Assembly: GCA_963789395.1 (NCBI GenBank)
Contig: CAWBKP010000024.1
Span: forward strand, 64,001-128,000
Direction of reading: 5' to 3'
Length of the DNA stretch: 64,000 nucleotides
Source: an uncultured delta proteobacterium
GTDB lineage: Bacteria; Desulfobacterota; Desulfobacteria; Desulfobacterales; Desulfatirhabdiaceae
Positions 10,020-21,349 of this stretch are shown piece by piece. Numbering within the stretch: the stretch's first letter is position 1; each line of letters begins with the position of its first letter. Both the position numbers and the translations under genes were made by a program. The notes below the pieces were generated by a model that saw nothing but the letters and a program-made list of their open reading frames with translations, was not told the origin of the DNA and made no database searches.

Positions 10020-11315
10020 ATGATCAAACGGTATACCCGCAAACCCATGGGAGACATCTGGACAGAGGAGAATAAATACCGGACCTGGCTGAAAGTGGAA
10101 ATCGCCGCCTGCCAGGCGATGGCGGAAGCCGGGAAAATTCCCCGGAGCGCACTGGAAGTCATTCGGGAAAAAGCCGATTTTTCGGTTGACCGCATCGAAG
10201 CCATTGAGGCTGAAACCCGTCACGATGTGATTGCATTTTTGACCAGTGTGGCGGAATTTGTCGGGCCGGATTCCCGGTATATCCATTTGGGGCTGACATC
10301 TTCGGATGTGCTGGATACGAGTATGGCCTGTCTCTTGAAACATGCCGGTGAAATGATTCTGGAGGACTGTGACCGGCTGCTGTCCGCCATCAAAACCCGC
10401 GCTTTTGAACACAAAGAGACGGTCATGATCGGCAGGTCCCATGGCATTCATGCCGAACCCATTACGTTTGGCCTGAAACTGGCGGTCTGGTACGATGAAA
10501 TGCAGCGCAACCGAAGGCGGATGGAACGGGCGGTTGAAACCATCAGCGTGGGAAAGATTTCCGGGGCCGTGGGTACATTTGCCAATATCTCCCCCCAGGT
10601 GGAAGCCAGGGTCTGCCAGTTACTGGAATTGAAGCCGGCTCCGGCGTCCACCCAGATCATTCAGCGGGACCGGTATGCGGAATATTTTACGACTCTGGCT
10701 GTCATGGCCTCGTCGATTGAAAAAATGGCGGTTGAAATCCGGCATCTTCAGCGTACCGAGGTTCTGGAGGCAGAGGAGTTTTTTTCCAGCGGTCAGAAAG
10801 GCTCTTCGTCCATGCCGCACAAGCGGAATCCCATCGGCTCGGAAAATCTCTGCGGTCTGGCCCGGGTGATCCGGGCCAATGCCCTGGCATCTCTCGAGAA
10901 TGTCGCGCTGTGGCATGAGCGGGACATCAGCCATTCTTCCGTGGAACGGGTGATTGCGCCGGACAGCACTATTTTGATGGATTACATGCTGAACCGGTTA
11001 ACCGGCCTGATCGGTAACCTGCTTGTCTATCCCGAACGCATGAAAGAAAATCTGAACCTGATGAAAGGACTGGTGTTTTCCCAGCAGATCCTGCTTGCCC
11101 TTGCCGAAGCCGGTATCAGCCGTGAAGATGCCTATCAGCTGGTCCAATTTCAGGCCATGAAGGTGTGGCGGGAAAAAGTCGATTTTCAGACGCTGATCCA
11201 GAATGATGCCCGAATTTCCGAGGTGCTCGGTCAGGAAAAGATCAAAGAAATATTTGACCTTAATTATCATTTAAAGTATATCAACGACATTTTTGATCGT
11301 GTATTCGGGTCGTAA
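10020..11315 (+). CDS. purB: Adenylosuccinate lyase
   Basis: Motifs TRHDV, HLGLTSSD, GRSHGIHAEP, GSSSMPHKRNP and WHERDISHSSVER. Confidence 0.97.
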   Translation: MIKRYTRKPMGDIWTEENKYRTWLKVEIAACQAMAEAGKIPRSALEVIREKADFSVDRIEAIEAETRHDVIAFLTSVAEFVGPDSRYIHLGLTSSDVLDTSMACLLKHAGEMILEDCDRLLSAIKTRAFEHKETVMIGRSHGIHAEPITFGLKLAVWYDEMQRNRRRMERAVETISVGKISGAVGTFANISPQVEARVCQLLELKPAPASTQIIQRDRYAEYFTTLAVMASSIEKMAVEIRHLQRTEVLEAEEFFSSGQKGSSSMPHKRNPIGSENLCGLARVIRANALASLENVALWHERDISHSSVERVIAPDSTILMDYMLNRLTGLIGNLLVYPERMKENLNLMKGLVFSQQILLALAEAGISREDAYQLVQFQAMKVWREKVDFQTLIQNDARISEVLGQEKIKEIFDLNYHLKYINDIFDRVFGS

Positions 11316-11597
11316 AGTGCATAGATTTATATTTTCCGCATATTCCCTGTTATGGGAATTCGCTTGCCAGGCGTGGTTTCCTGCCTATTGTAGATAATCG
11401 AGCCTATTTCGGAAAAAAATGCTGTTGCACCGAGCACAACGGATATGATGTGGCAGGTGAATTGCGGGTGATGCGTTCCGTCCACGTAGTCGTGTTTGCA
11501 TGGATAACGCGTCTGTTTTGAATTTGTTTCGGATTTTGCCTGAACGCACTTTCTTTCAGGTTTCAATTAAAATCATAAATCATTTGGAGGTTCTATC

Positions 11598-11957
11598 GTG
11601 GTGAATATGGCTTATGCAATGGGTGCGGGTGGGGCTGCCAGTTCGGGGTCAGCCGGTGGATTGGCATCATTTATACCGCTGGTTCTGATGTTTGTTATTT
11701 TTTATTTTCTGCTCATACGTCCCCAACAGAAAAAAACCAAGGAACATCGGGACATGGTTGCCGGCATTAAAAAAGGCGATCGGATCATCACCAGCGGCGG
11801 CATTCACGGCCAGATTACGGCAGTGGATGACACCACCCTGACCGTTGAAATATCGGACAAGGTTCGCGTCAAACTGAACCGGGCCAATGTTGCCGGACTG
11901 GTTCAGACCCAGACACAACCGGTGAAAAAAGCAGTCGAACCCGAAAAAACCAAATAA
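11598..11957 (+). CDS. yajC: Preprotein translocase subunit YajC
   Basis: FYFLLIRPQQK and GDRIITSGGIHG. GGAGG RBS. Lies upstream of secD. Confidence 0.96.
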   Translation: MVNMAYAMGAGGAASSGSAGGLASFIPLVLMFVIFYFLLIRPQQKKTKEHRDMVAGIKKGDRIITSGGIHGQITAVDDTTLTVEISDKVRVKLNRANVAGLVQTQTQPVKKAVEPEKTK

Positions 11958-12047
11958 CCCTTCAACAGTGAAACACCTTGGCCGGGAAAAAAGCAGTTCT
12001 CAGCTTTGTCGGCAAGGTCCGGTGTGATCAGTGAAAGGATTCGATCA

Positions 12048-13625
12048 TTGAAGAATATTTCATGGAAACTGGTAGCCAGCATCGTGGTTATACTGGTTGC
12101 AGTTGTTTATACCATCCCCACATTCAAGCCCGAGATCTGGCCTCATAAGAAAATCAATCTGGGTCTTGACCTTCAGGGCGGCATGCACCTGGTTCTGGAA
12201 GTTCAGTCTGAAAAAGCCGTGGAAAGCACCATCGAGCGGCTGGCTCAGGACATGCGCATTGCCTTGAAAAAAGATCAGATTCGTGCAACGGGCCTGGATC
12301 AGATTCAGGGCGCTAAAATTTCGCTCCGGATCGAGGGAAAGGATCAAATCGATAAATTTGATAAACTTCTGAATGACTCGTTTAAAGAGCTTAGAATCCA
12401 ATCCCGGAATCTCGATGGAGAGGCCTTGTCCATTTCCCTGGATCTGCCGGATAAGGAAGTTGCGAGAATCAAGAAAATGGCCGTGGAACAGGCCCTTGAA
12501 ACCATCCGGAACCGGATCGACCAGTTCGGAGTAAGCGAACCCGATATCCGGCTTCAGGGGGAAAACCGCCTGCTCATTCAGCTTCCCGGCGTAAAAGATA
12601 CCCAGCGTGCCAAAGACCTCATCGGAAAAACTGCGCTGCTGGAATTTAAGCTCCTGGATGAAACCCACGACGTGGATGCCGCGGTCAAGGGTGTAGTGCC
12701 GCCCGGAACCGAAGTCCTCTATGAAGTCAAGGAAGATCCTCAGACCCGAAGGGCCGTCAAGACGCCTTATCTGTTGATGAAACGGGCAATCCTGACCGGA
12801 TCTTATCTGACCGACGCCAAGGTTCAGATCGATTCCCAGTACAATGAACCCTATGTTTCGATTAAATTTGATAAAAAAGGCGCCCAGCTTTTTGAAAAAA
12901 TCACCGAAGAAAACGTGAAAAAGCGCCTGGCCATTGTTCTGGATCAGAAAGTATATTCGGCGCCCGTGATTCAGGAAAAAATCTCCGGCGGCGAGGCACG
13001 GATCACCGGCCGGTTCTCTTCCGAAGAAGCCCGCGATCTGGCCATTATCCTTCGTGCCGGCGCCTTGCCAGCGCCTGTAAAAATCCTGGAAGAACGCACG
13101 GTCGGGCCGTCCCTGGGAACGGACTCCATCCACCAAGGGCTGATTGCCGGGTTGGTAGGCGGCATTCTTGTCGTTCTGTTCATGGCGATCTATTATAACG
13201 GCTCGGGCCTCATCGCAAATCTGGCCCTGATTTTCAACATCGTCATGATATTCGGCGGACTGGCCGCCTTTCAGGCAACCCTGACCATGCCGGGTATTGC
13301 AGGTATCGTTCTGACCATCGGCATGGCCGTTGATGCCAATGTGCTCGTTTTCGAGCGTATCCGTGAAGAGCTCCGCCGCGGAAAAACGCCGAGGGCCTCG
13401 GTGGAAGCCGGCTTTGAAAATGCTACCTGGACGATTCTGGACGCCAACGTTACCACGCTCATTGCCGCCCTGGTGCTTTTTCAGTTCGGAACCGGACCGG
13501 TCAAGGGATTTGCCGTGACGCTGAGTCTGGGGGTCATATCCAGCGTATTTACCGCCCTGGTCCTGACCCGCGTCATCTTTGATTACCTTGTCGTGCAGCG
13601 AAAAATCAAACAGTTGAGTATCTAA
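12048..13625 (+). CDS. secD: Protein translocase subunit SecD
   Basis: Motifs LGLDLQGG, RIDQFGVSEP, AIVLD, GPSLG and GMAVDANVLVFERIREE. The TTG start is inferred. Confidence 0.96.
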   Translation: MKNISWKLVASIVVILVAVVYTIPTFKPEIWPHKKINLGLDLQGGMHLVLEVQSEKAVESTIERLAQDMRIALKKDQIRATGLDQIQGAKISLRIEGKDQIDKFDKLLNDSFKELRIQSRNLDGEALSISLDLPDKEVARIKKMAVEQALETIRNRIDQFGVSEPDIRLQGENRLLIQLPGVKDTQRAKDLIGKTALLEFKLLDETHDVDAAVKGVVPPGTEVLYEVKEDPQTRRAVKTPYLLMKRAILTGSYLTDAKVQIDSQYNEPYVSIKFDKKGAQLFEKITEENVKKRLAIVLDQKVYSAPVIQEKISGGEARITGRFSSEEARDLAIILRAGALPAPVKILEERTVGPSLGTDSIHQGLIAGLVGGILVVLFMAIYYNGSGLIANLALIFNIVMIFGGLAAFQATLTMPGIAGIVLTIGMAVDANVLVFERIREELRRGKTPRASVEAGFENATWTILDANVTTLIAALVLFQFGTGPVKGFAVTLSLGVISSVFTALVLTRVIFDYLVVQRKIKQLSI

Positions 13626-13636
13626 AAGGACATTTC

Positions 13637-14678
13637 ATGGAGTTTATCAAACCCAATATCAATATCGATTTTGTCGGCAAACGAAAAATTGCCTACACTG
13701 TATCGTTTTCGATGATTCTGATCAGCATCCTCAGTCTCATTTTCCATGGCGGCCCCAAATACGGCATTGATTTTGTCGGCGGCACAGTCATTCAGGTCAA
13801 GTTTCCGGCCGCGGTCGCCATCAGCGACATCAAGTCAGGCTTGTCGGAAATGGGTCTTGAGAATTCAACGATCCAGACTTTCGGCAAAGAAACCGATCAT
13901 GATTATCTGATCCGCACGGAAGCGCCGCTTCAGACTGATGATAATTTTTCACAGAAAATCAAAGTCCTCTATTCAGAAAACAACGGGCGTCGAACCGGAT
14001 ATCCGCAGGGTGGAAATGGTCGGTCCCCAGGTGGGCAAGGATCTGCAGGAAAAGGCGATGTTCGCCATTTTTTATGCCATGCTCTTTATTGCCATTTATA
14101 TCTCCGGACGGTTTGAATTCAAATGGATGGTTTGTGCGAGCATTGCCGGTGCGCTGATGGGCGGTGTCTATCTGCTGAGCCTGTTGAATATCAGTATGAC
14201 CCTTTTGACCATTCTGGCCCTGATCCTGACCCTGGTGCTGTTCTGGATTTTGAAATTGAAATATGCGATGGGCGCCGTGATTTCCCTGATTCACGACGTG
14301 ATCATCACCATCGGACTCTTTTCGCTCTTTGACAAAGAGTTCTCGCTTCCCATCATTGCAGCGATCCTGTCCATCATGGGCTATTCCTTGAACGATACGA
14401 TCATCGTATTTGACCGGATTCGGGAGAATCTGCGCAAGCACCCGAAAAACCCGTTTATGACGACCATCAACCGGAGTGTAAACGAGACCCTCAGCCGGAC
14501 GATATTGACTTCGTCAACGACGCTGGTTGCCGTGTTGTCCTTGTTTATCCTGGGCGGCGGAATCATCCATGATTTTGCCTTTGCCATGCTGGTGGGAATT
14601 CTTACCGGAACGTATTCTTCGGTGTATGTGGCCAGCCCCATTCTTCTGGCCTGGCAGGATGTCGCAAAAAAGAAGTGA
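13637..14678 (+). CDS. secF: Protein translocase subunit SecF (one apparent frameshift near 13962)
   Basis: GIDFVGG in the first frame; VGPQVG, GYSLNDTIIVFDRIREN and GTYSS in the second. Removing one A joins them. Confidence 0.93.
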
Positions 14679-14682
14679 GAGA

Positions 14683-15798
14683 ATGGACGCCTATCTGCCA
14701 TGGTTTATCCTGAAATATGTTCCGGGGATCGGCAATCATCTATACAAACGGCTCATCGAGCGGTTTGGGTCTCCGGAACATGTTTTTGATGCTTCACAGG
14801 ATAAACTTCTTGAAGTAGAAGGCATTACTCCCCGATTGATTGCAGCGCTCCGGCAGGCCAGCCTGCCGGATGAAGCGCAAAAAGATCTGGATCTGGTTGC
14901 GCAGAAAGGCTATCGCATCGTATGTCTGACCGATCCGGTCTATCCCCCCCTGCTGCGGGAAATTCCCGATCCCCCTCCGTTTTTATATGTTTCCGGAACC
15001 CTTGATCCGTCGGCGCACCTGCTGGCCGTCGTGGGCTCTCGAAACGCAACGCCATACGGGGTGACCACAACGCATCGGCTCTGTGCCGATCTGGCGGGAA
15101 AAGGCATGACCATTGTCAGCGGCATGGCAAGGGGAATTGATACGGCGGCCCACGAAGGGGCCTTGATGGGAAAAGGACGGACCATCGCGGTCCTGGGAAG
15201 CGGACTGGAGCAGGTTTATCCGGCTGAAAACCTTCACCTGTTTCATAAAATTATTGAAAATGGCGCCGTAATATCTGAATTTCCGCTGTTCGCACAGCCG
15301 GAAGCTCATCATTTTCCCCAGCGTAACCGCGTCATCAGCGGCATGTCCCTGGGGACCCTTGTGGTTGAGGCAACGCGGAACAGCGGATCTCTGATCACTG
15401 CGCGCCTGGCGGCTGAACAGAATCGGGAAGTATTCGCCATTCCGGGGAGCATTCAATCATTCAAAAGCGCCGGAACCCATGTCCTGATCAAACAGGGCGC
15501 CAAACTCGTGGAGCATGTTCAGGATATTCTGGATGAGCTCAATCTTCAGGATCGGACACCATCCCCTGTCAGCAGTGAGTTCCGTGACAAGGCCCAGGTA
15601 TTGCCGCCGCTTTCTGAAGCGGAAGCGCTTGTCTTTCAGGCCCTGAGTCCGTATCCGGTCCACAGTGACGAGCTGGCCCGCAGGCTTTCACTTGCCTCCG
15701 GAAAACTGATGGCGATTCTGCTTCAGCTTGAAGTCAAGGGACTGGTTCATCAGACGGCAGGCAATTATTTTTCAATAAAGGCTGAAGGTGATAGGTGA
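14683..15798 (+). CDS. dprA: DNA-processing protein DprA
   Basis: Motifs VVGSRNA, VSGMARGIDTAAH, FPQRNRVISG and SGSLITA, with a C-terminal winged helix. Confidence 0.96.
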   Translation: MDAYLPWFILKYVPGIGNHLYKRLIERFGSPEHVFDASQDKLLEVEGITPRLIAALRQASLPDEAQKDLDLVAQKGYRIVCLTDPVYPPLLREIPDPPPFLYVSGTLDPSAHLLAVVGSRNATPYGVTTTHRLCADLAGKGMTIVSGMARGIDTAAHEGALMGKGRTIAVLGSGLEQVYPAENLHLFHKIIENGAVISEFPLFAQPEAHHFPQRNRVISGMSLGTLVVEATRNSGSLITARLAAEQNREVFAIPGSIQSFKSAGTHVLIKQGAKLVEHVQDILDELNLQDRTPSPVSSEFRDKAQVLPPLSEAEALVFQALSPYPVHSDELARRLSLASGKLMAILLQLEVKGLVHQTAGNYFSIKAEGDR

Positions 15799-15865
15799 TG
15801 GGCAATAGCCTATAGCCTTATTGCTTAATAATATTAAACTAACGCATTTTTATAAAGGACGATCT

Positions 15866-18145
15866 GTGTCAAAACCCCTGCTCATTGTCGAGTCGCCGAC
15901 AAAGGTTAAAACCCTTAAAAAATATCTTGGCGAACAGTATGCCATTGCAGCCACAGTCGGCCATATTCGGGATCTGCCGGAAAAAGAGATGGGAATCGAT
16001 GTCGAGGATGGTTTCAAGGCCAAATACAGCACCATTCCGGGCAAACAGAAAGTGATTACGGCATTAAAGCAGGCAGCCGGGGATACCGATCTCGTTTATC
16101 TGGCGCCTGACCCGGATCGCGAAGGTGAGGCTATTGCCTGGCATACTGCCGAGATCCTGAAGAAAAAAGGCAGGAGCTTTCAACGCGTGCTGTTTCATGA
16201 ACTGACCCGAAACGCCATCATCAAGGCCATGGAGTCGCCTATCGCGCTGGATCGTAATAAATTCGAAGCCCAGCAGGCCCGGCGCATCCTGGACCGGCTG
16301 GTCGGCTATCAGATATCCCCGCTGCTCTGGAGAAAGGTCAAAGGAGGTCTCAGCGCAGGCCGCGTGCAGTCGGTTGCGGTCCGGATGATCTGTGAGCGGG
16401 AGCGGGCCATTCAGGCATTTGAAACCGAAGAATACTGGAGTATTACCGCAAGCCTTGAAGGCAGCGCGCCACCGGTGTTTCTGGCCAAGCTGGTCAAAAA
16501 CCTGGGCAAGAAAATCAAGATTCCGGATGAAGCCAATGCCATGCGCATTCGGGATGAGTTGTCCCAGCAAGCCTTTGTGATTGAAAATATCGTCAACAAA
16601 ACCACCAAACGCAATCCGCTGCCGCCCTTCATTACCAGCAAGCTTCAGCAGGAAGCCATTCGAAAGCTCCGGTTCTCCGCCAAAAAAACCATGTCCATCG
16701 CCCAGGAACTCTACGAAGGGATCGAACTGGGTTCGGGCGGGCCGGTCGGGCTCATCACCTATATGCGAACCGACTCCACGCGCATTTCGGCAGAAGCCGC
16801 CGGCGAAGCCCTTGCGCTCATTCAGGAGCGCTTCGGCAAGGACTATGCCCCTTCAAAACCCCGGTTTTTTAAAAATTCCAAAAAAGTTCAGGATGCCCAT
16901 GAAGCCATTCGGCCGGCATCGGTTTTCGTTACGCCGGAAAAAACTGCGCCCTATCTTTCAAAAGACCAGCAGGCGCTTTATACCCTTATCTGGAAACGGT
17001 TTGTTGCATCGCAGATGACCGAAGCCCTAATCGACGGCTGCACCATCACCATTCAGGCCGGTACCTACCAGCTGACCGCCACGGGATCGGTGATAAAATT
17101 TCCCGGATTCATGGCCCTTTACCTGTCCGCGGACGATGAAATGGAAAGTGAATCAAACCCTGCAAAAACACGTCTTCCGGTACTGGCCAATGGTGAGACA
17201 CTCATGCTGAAACAGCTTGAACCCAAGCAGCATTTTACCCAGCCGCCGCCTCGCTTTTCCGAGGCTTCCCTGGTAAAGGCGCTTGAAGAAAACGGTATCG
17301 GACGGCCCAGTACCTATGCCGCGATTCTGACAACGATTCGTGGAAAAGCCTATGTGGAGTTGGTCAAGGGCTTTTTTGTCCCCAGCGAACTGGGGTTTAT
17401 CGTCAATGACCTGATCGTGGCCAGTTTTCCCGAAGTGTTTGATATCGAGTTTACGGCTACGATGGAAGACCATCTGGACCGGATCGAAACGGCCGAAGCC
17501 GCCTCTCTGGATGTATTGACACGGTTTTATGAGCCGTTTAAGCAGCGTCTCGAGACCGCCGCCACGAAGATGATCAGCATGAAGGGAGTCGGCAGTGCAA
17601 CCGATCTGGACTGCCCCCTGTGCAAAACCCGAAAGCTGCATATCAAGATGGGGAAAAATGGTCATTTTCTGGCCTGCAGTGGATATCCGGAGTGTAAATT
17701 CACCAGCAATTACACCCGGGACGAAAAAGGCCGGATACAGACGGTCGAGCCGCCCCCTGAGGCGGCTACCGACCAGGTCTGCGGAAAATGCGGCCAGCCC
17801 ATGGTCATGCGCCAGGGAAAATTCGGCCCATTTCTGGCCTGCAGCGGGTACCCGGATTGCAAGAACACCCAGTCCGTCACGCCGGCAGGCTCTCCCCTGG
17901 AAACCGGTATTTCCTGTCCGGAACCCGGATGCACCGGCAGCATAGTTCAGAAAATGTCCAAACGCGGAAAAGTGTTCTACGGCTGTAACCGATATCCGGA
18001 CTGTGCATTTGCCATGTGGGATCAGCCTGTCAACCAGGAATGCCCGCTCTGTCATGCAAAACTTCTGGTGGAAAAAACATCCAAAAAAGAAGGCACGTTT
18101 TTGTCCTGCCTGAACCAGGACTGCGGGTATAAAAAAACAATCTGA
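15866..18145 (+). CDS. topA: DNA topoisomerase I (type IA) with C-terminal zinc ribbons
   Basis: Motifs IVESPTK, DPDREGE, SAGRVQS, ITYMRTDS and GIGRPSTY, plus C4 zinc-ribbon repeats. Confidence 0.97.
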   Translation: MSKPLLIVESPTKVKTLKKYLGEQYAIAATVGHIRDLPEKEMGIDVEDGFKAKYSTIPGKQKVITALKQAAGDTDLVYLAPDPDREGEAIAWHTAEILKKKGRSFQRVLFHELTRNAIIKAMESPIALDRNKFEAQQARRILDRLVGYQISPLLWRKVKGGLSAGRVQSVAVRMICERERAIQAFETEEYWSITASLEGSAPPVFLAKLVKNLGKKIKIPDEANAMRIRDELSQQAFVIENIVNKTTKRNPLPPFITSKLQQEAIRKLRFSAKKTMSIAQELYEGIELGSGGPVGLITYMRTDSTRISAEAAGEALALIQERFGKDYAPSKPRFFKNSKKVQDAHEAIRPASVFVTPEKTAPYLSKDQQALYTLIWKRFVASQMTEALIDGCTITIQAGTYQLTATGSVIKFPGFMALYLSADDEMESESNPAKTRLPVLANGETLMLKQLEPKQHFTQPPPRFSEASLVKALEENGIGRPSTYAAILTTIRGKAYVELVKGFFVPSELGFIVNDLIVASFPEVFDIEFTATMEDHLDRIETAEAASLDVLTRFYEPFKQRLETAATKMISMKGVGSATDLDCPLCKTRKLHIKMGKNGHFLACSGYPECKFTSNYTRDEKGRIQTVEPPPEAATDQVCGKCGQPMVMRQGKFGPFLACSGYPDCKNTQSVTPAGSPLETGISCPEPGCTGSIVQKMSKRGKVFYGCNRYPDCAFAMWDQPVNQECPLCHAKLLVEKTSKKEGTFLSCLNQDCGYKKTI

Positions 18146-18204
18146 TCATTTCGGTCTCTGATCCCCGAATCCCTGGGACCCCTGTCTAAAAGGAAAACGT
18201 CGGT

Positions 18205-18627
18205 ATGTCTCCGGTTTATCGATATGAATTCACGGTTTCTTCGGAAGTCATTGACGGTAACGGGCATGTGAACAACGTGGCCTATGTCCAGTGGATGCAG
18301 GATGTCGCGGTCCTGCATTCGGACGCATCGGGATGTACGCAAGCTTCCCGGGATGCCGCCGCAACCTGGGTCGTCCGCAAGCATAGCGTCGAGTACCTTC
18401 GGCCTGCCTTTGAAGGCGATCTGGTAACCATCATGACCTGGATAACCAATTTTCGCAGGGCGTTGTCACTTCGCAAATACAAGTTCATCCGGGCGGCCGA
18501 TAATGCGGTTTTGTCCAGGGGGGAGACGGACTGGGTGTTTGTGGATGCACTCACCGGCCGTCCCCGGATTATTCCGCAGGAAGTAAAGAATGCTTTCATC
18601 CTCGTGCCGCAGGACCATGAGCCTTAA
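18205..18627 (+). CDS. Acyl-CoA thioesterase (4HBT/hotdog family)
   Basis: Motif IDGNGHVNNVAYVQW. Confidence 0.9.
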   Translation: MSPVYRYEFTVSSEVIDGNGHVNNVAYVQWMQDVAVLHSDASGCTQASRDAAATWVVRKHSVEYLRPAFEGDLVTIMTWITNFRRALSLRKYKFIRAADNAVLSRGETDWVFVDALTGRPRIIPQEVKNAFILVPQDHEP

Positions 18628-18814
18628 GGCAAATCACTCTCTTGACGGGGAACGCGGTGCCGCGGCCATTCACCCCATTGCCTTAACGTGTTTTTTCGTT
18701 GGACCGGAGGAAGTTCTGCCCGGGCAGTTACACATTGACAAAGAATATCCGCTGCTATAGATATTCAGCGAGTGAACCGTCGTCAACGCCGTGAATCCGA
18801 TCATCAGGAGGACA

Positions 18815-19513
18815 ATGAACCTTCAGCAATTCCCTTATTCTTCCGATAATTTCAGTTATGTTCTGTATGGAGAAAAATCTGCGCTGGCAATCGATGGCGG
18901 CGCGGTGGACGACATTCTGGACTTTGTTGAAAAAAACAATCTCAAACTCACCCAGGTCACGCATACGCATCTTCATCCGGATCATACCTGCGGAACCGAG
19001 GAGCTGCTGTCCAGATCCGGCGCAGCCCTTCTGGATGGTGCGTTTCTTTCCGCGCATGCACAGATCGAGCTTGACGGGATGACGGCTCGCGTCCATGCGA
19101 CTCCGGGTCACACCGATGATTCGGTTACTTTTCATGTCGGCAACTGCCTGATTACCGGGGATACCCTGTTCAACGGGACCATCGGAAACTGTTTTTCCGG
19201 CGATATCCAGGCGTTTTACAATTCCATCAAGTTTCTGATGGCTTTTCCCGCGGATACGGTCATCTACGCCGGACATGACTATCTGAAATACGCCATGTCA
19301 TTTTCCCGCATCATCGAGCCGGACAATCCGGACATTGACCCGTACCTGAAAGCCTATAACCCGGCCCACGTTTGCTCACGCCTTGGCGACGAACTGAAAG
19401 TGAACCCTTACCTGAGGTTCAATGACAGCAGATTCATTGAAATTCTGAAAAAAAAGAACCTTCCGATATCCACGGAATTTCAGCGGTGGGAATCGGTCAT
19501 GGGTCTGGGATAA
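18815..19513 (+). CDS. gloB: Hydroxyacylglutathione hydrolase-like metallo-beta-lactamase
   Basis: Motifs DNFSY, THTHLHPDH, TPGHT, TGDTLF, GHDY and NPYLR. AGGAGG RBS. Confidence 0.8.
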   Translation: MNLQQFPYSSDNFSYVLYGEKSALAIDGGAVDDILDFVEKNNLKLTQVTHTHLHPDHTCGTEELLSRSGAALLDGAFLSAHAQIELDGMTARVHATPGHTDDSVTFHVGNCLITGDTLFNGTIGNCFSGDIQAFYNSIKFLMAFPADTVIYAGHDYLKYAMSFSRIIEPDNPDIDPYLKAYNPAHVCSRLGDELKVNPYLRFNDSRFIEILKKKNLPISTEFQRWESVMGLG

Positions 19514-19560
19514 ACGCTTCAAGTTTATCCCGGGCAGTATTGAAAGGCAACACAGCGCGT

Positions 19561-20016
19561 ATGAGAAGAAAAGACAAGGAAATGACCGATCCGGATGCCA
19601 TCGCAGCCATCATTTGTAAATCGACTGTGTGCCGGTTGGCGATGTCGGATGAAAACCAGCCTTATGTGATACCCATGAGTTTCGGGTACCAGGACGGTGC
19701 CGTTTATTTTCACTGCGCGCCGGAAGGCAGAAAAATCGAGATCCTTCGAAAAAATCCCCGTGTCTGCATTGAGTTCGACGTGGATTGCCGATTAAACGCA
19801 GGCGACAGCCCCTGCAAGTGGGGATTTTCTTTTCAGAGCGCCATTGCGTTCGGCATAGCAGCATTTATAGAGGATCCCGCAGAAAAGCAGGCTGCCCTGG
19901 ATATCATCATGCGGCAATATTCCAGCGATACGTTCACCTATCCGGAATCCGCCGTTGCCAAAATCGCCGTCATCAAGGTCGTTGTTACGGAGCTGACCGG
20001 AAAAGCAGCTGCATAA
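19561..20016 (+). CDS. Pyridoxamine 5'-phosphate oxidase family flavin-binding protein (NimA-like)
   Basis: MRRKDKE start, PYVIPMSF, YFHCAPEGRK, NPRVC and a terminal TGK. Confidence 0.88.
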   Translation: MRRKDKEMTDPDAIAAIICKSTVCRLAMSDENQPYVIPMSFGYQDGAVYFHCAPEGRKIEILRKNPRVCIEFDVDCRLNAGDSPCKWGFSFQSAIAFGIAAFIEDPAEKQAALDIIMRQYSSDTFTYPESAVAKIAVIKVVVTELTGKAAA

Positions 20017-20017
20017 T

Positions 20018-20644
20018 ATGGATATTCAGGCAATCGCGCAGAAAATGTTTACCGGCGCGCGCGCCAGCCATGACTGGGATCACACGCTTCGGGTCCTTCG
20101 CCTGTGTGAGCATATCGGTCCTGCGGAACGGGCGGATATGGATGTCCTGAGGGTTGCTGCCGTTCTTCACGACATCGGCCGGCCCCAGCAGGACGCGTGC
20201 CGGGGTTCGGTGTGTCACGCTGCCCATGGCGCGGTGCTGGCCGAGCCGATCGTTGCGATGCTCGCGTTTTCTCCGGAACAAAAAGACAATGTCCTGCATT
20301 GCATCCGGACCCACCGGTTCCGGGGAATGCATGTCCCCGAAACCATCGAGGCCAAAGTCCTTTTTGATGCCGACAAGCTGGATGCCATCGGCGCCATCGG
20401 CATTGCCAGAGCATATCTTTTTGCCGGAGAAATCGGCGCCAGGCTCCACAGTCCCGATATTCCCGCCGAACAAAGCGTCCCGTATTCCATGGACGATACC
20501 GGTTTTCGGGAATATCGCGTCAAGCTTTGTAAAATTAAGGATCGGATGATGACTTCCGAAGGCAAACGCATGGCCGGTGAGCGTCACCAGTTCATGGCCG
20601 CATTTTTTAACCGGTTTTTACAGGAATATCAGGGGGAGATGTAA
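20018..20644 (+). CDS. HD-domain phosphohydrolase
   Basis: Motifs HDWDH, LHDIGR and DADKLDAIGAIG. Confidence 0.9.
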   Translation: MDIQAIAQKMFTGARASHDWDHTLRVLRLCEHIGPAERADMDVLRVAAVLHDIGRPQQDACRGSVCHAAHGAVLAEPIVAMLAFSPEQKDNVLHCIRTHRFRGMHVPETIEAKVLFDADKLDAIGAIGIARAYLFAGEIGARLHSPDIPAEQSVPYSMDDTGFREYRVKLCKIKDRMMTSEGKRMAGERHQFMAAFFNRFLQEYQGEM

Positions 20645-20647
20645 ACG

Positions 20648-21332
20648 ATGGCAATGAATGTGGTTACCCAGATTGACCCGCTTATCGAAGTTCGCAATGT
20701 ACTGATCAGCGTTTCGGACAAAAGCAATCTCAACCAACTGGTCACCCAGCTCCTTGAGATCAATCCACAAGTGACGCTGTACTCGACGGGAGGCACTTAT
20801 AACGTCATTCGGGAGTTTCTGGGGGACCGGGCCGATGCCCGCCTCAAACAGGTTTCCGACTATACCGGGCAGCCGGAAACCCAGGGCGGGCTGGTCAAAA
20901 CGCTGGATTTCAAGATTTATCTGAGCATTCTCACCGAAACCTACAATGACAGACACCGGCAGGATCTGGCAAGAACCGGAGCGGTGCCCTTTGACATGGT
21001 GGTGGTCAATCTCTATCCTTTCAAGCAGACCATATCCAAGCCGGACGTGACCGTTGAGCAGGCCAGGGGAAACATTGACATCGGGGGCCCCTGCATGATC
21101 CGGGCATCGGCAAAAAATTTCATCCGGGTGGCATCCGTGGTGGATCCGGAAGACTACAGCAGTTATTTTGTCCGAGATGAAAACCGGCAATGGCCGGATT
21201 TCCCTGGATCTTCGTTTCAGGCTGGCCCAGAAGGCATTTGCCCACACTGCCGCCTATGACAGGATGATTGCTGAATACCTGAATGCCAGCGCAATTGAAA
21301 ACGTCAGGGAATGTTATTCTCAAATCGGTTAA
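20648..21332 (+). CDS. purH: Stand-alone IMP cyclohydrolase (MGS-like) domain of PurH (frameshift near 21160)
   Basis: ISVSDKS, STGGT, VKTL, VVNLYPF and IDIGGP. The shifted frame continues RLAQKAFAHTAAYD..IAEYL to TAA at 21330-21332. Confidence 0.8.
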
Positions 21333-21349
21333 TTTCAAGGAGAGTTGAT

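Noticed and set aside
13950..13985. Programmed frameshift in secF
   Set aside because: No canonical slippery heptamer or stimulatory structure is visible, and similar indels occur throughout the window.
18625..18690. c-di-GMP-I riboswitch suggested by GGCAAA...TTGCC
   Set aside because: The GAAA-loop hairpin and GCAAAG core are missing, so it is more likely a loose stem after the thioesterase gene.
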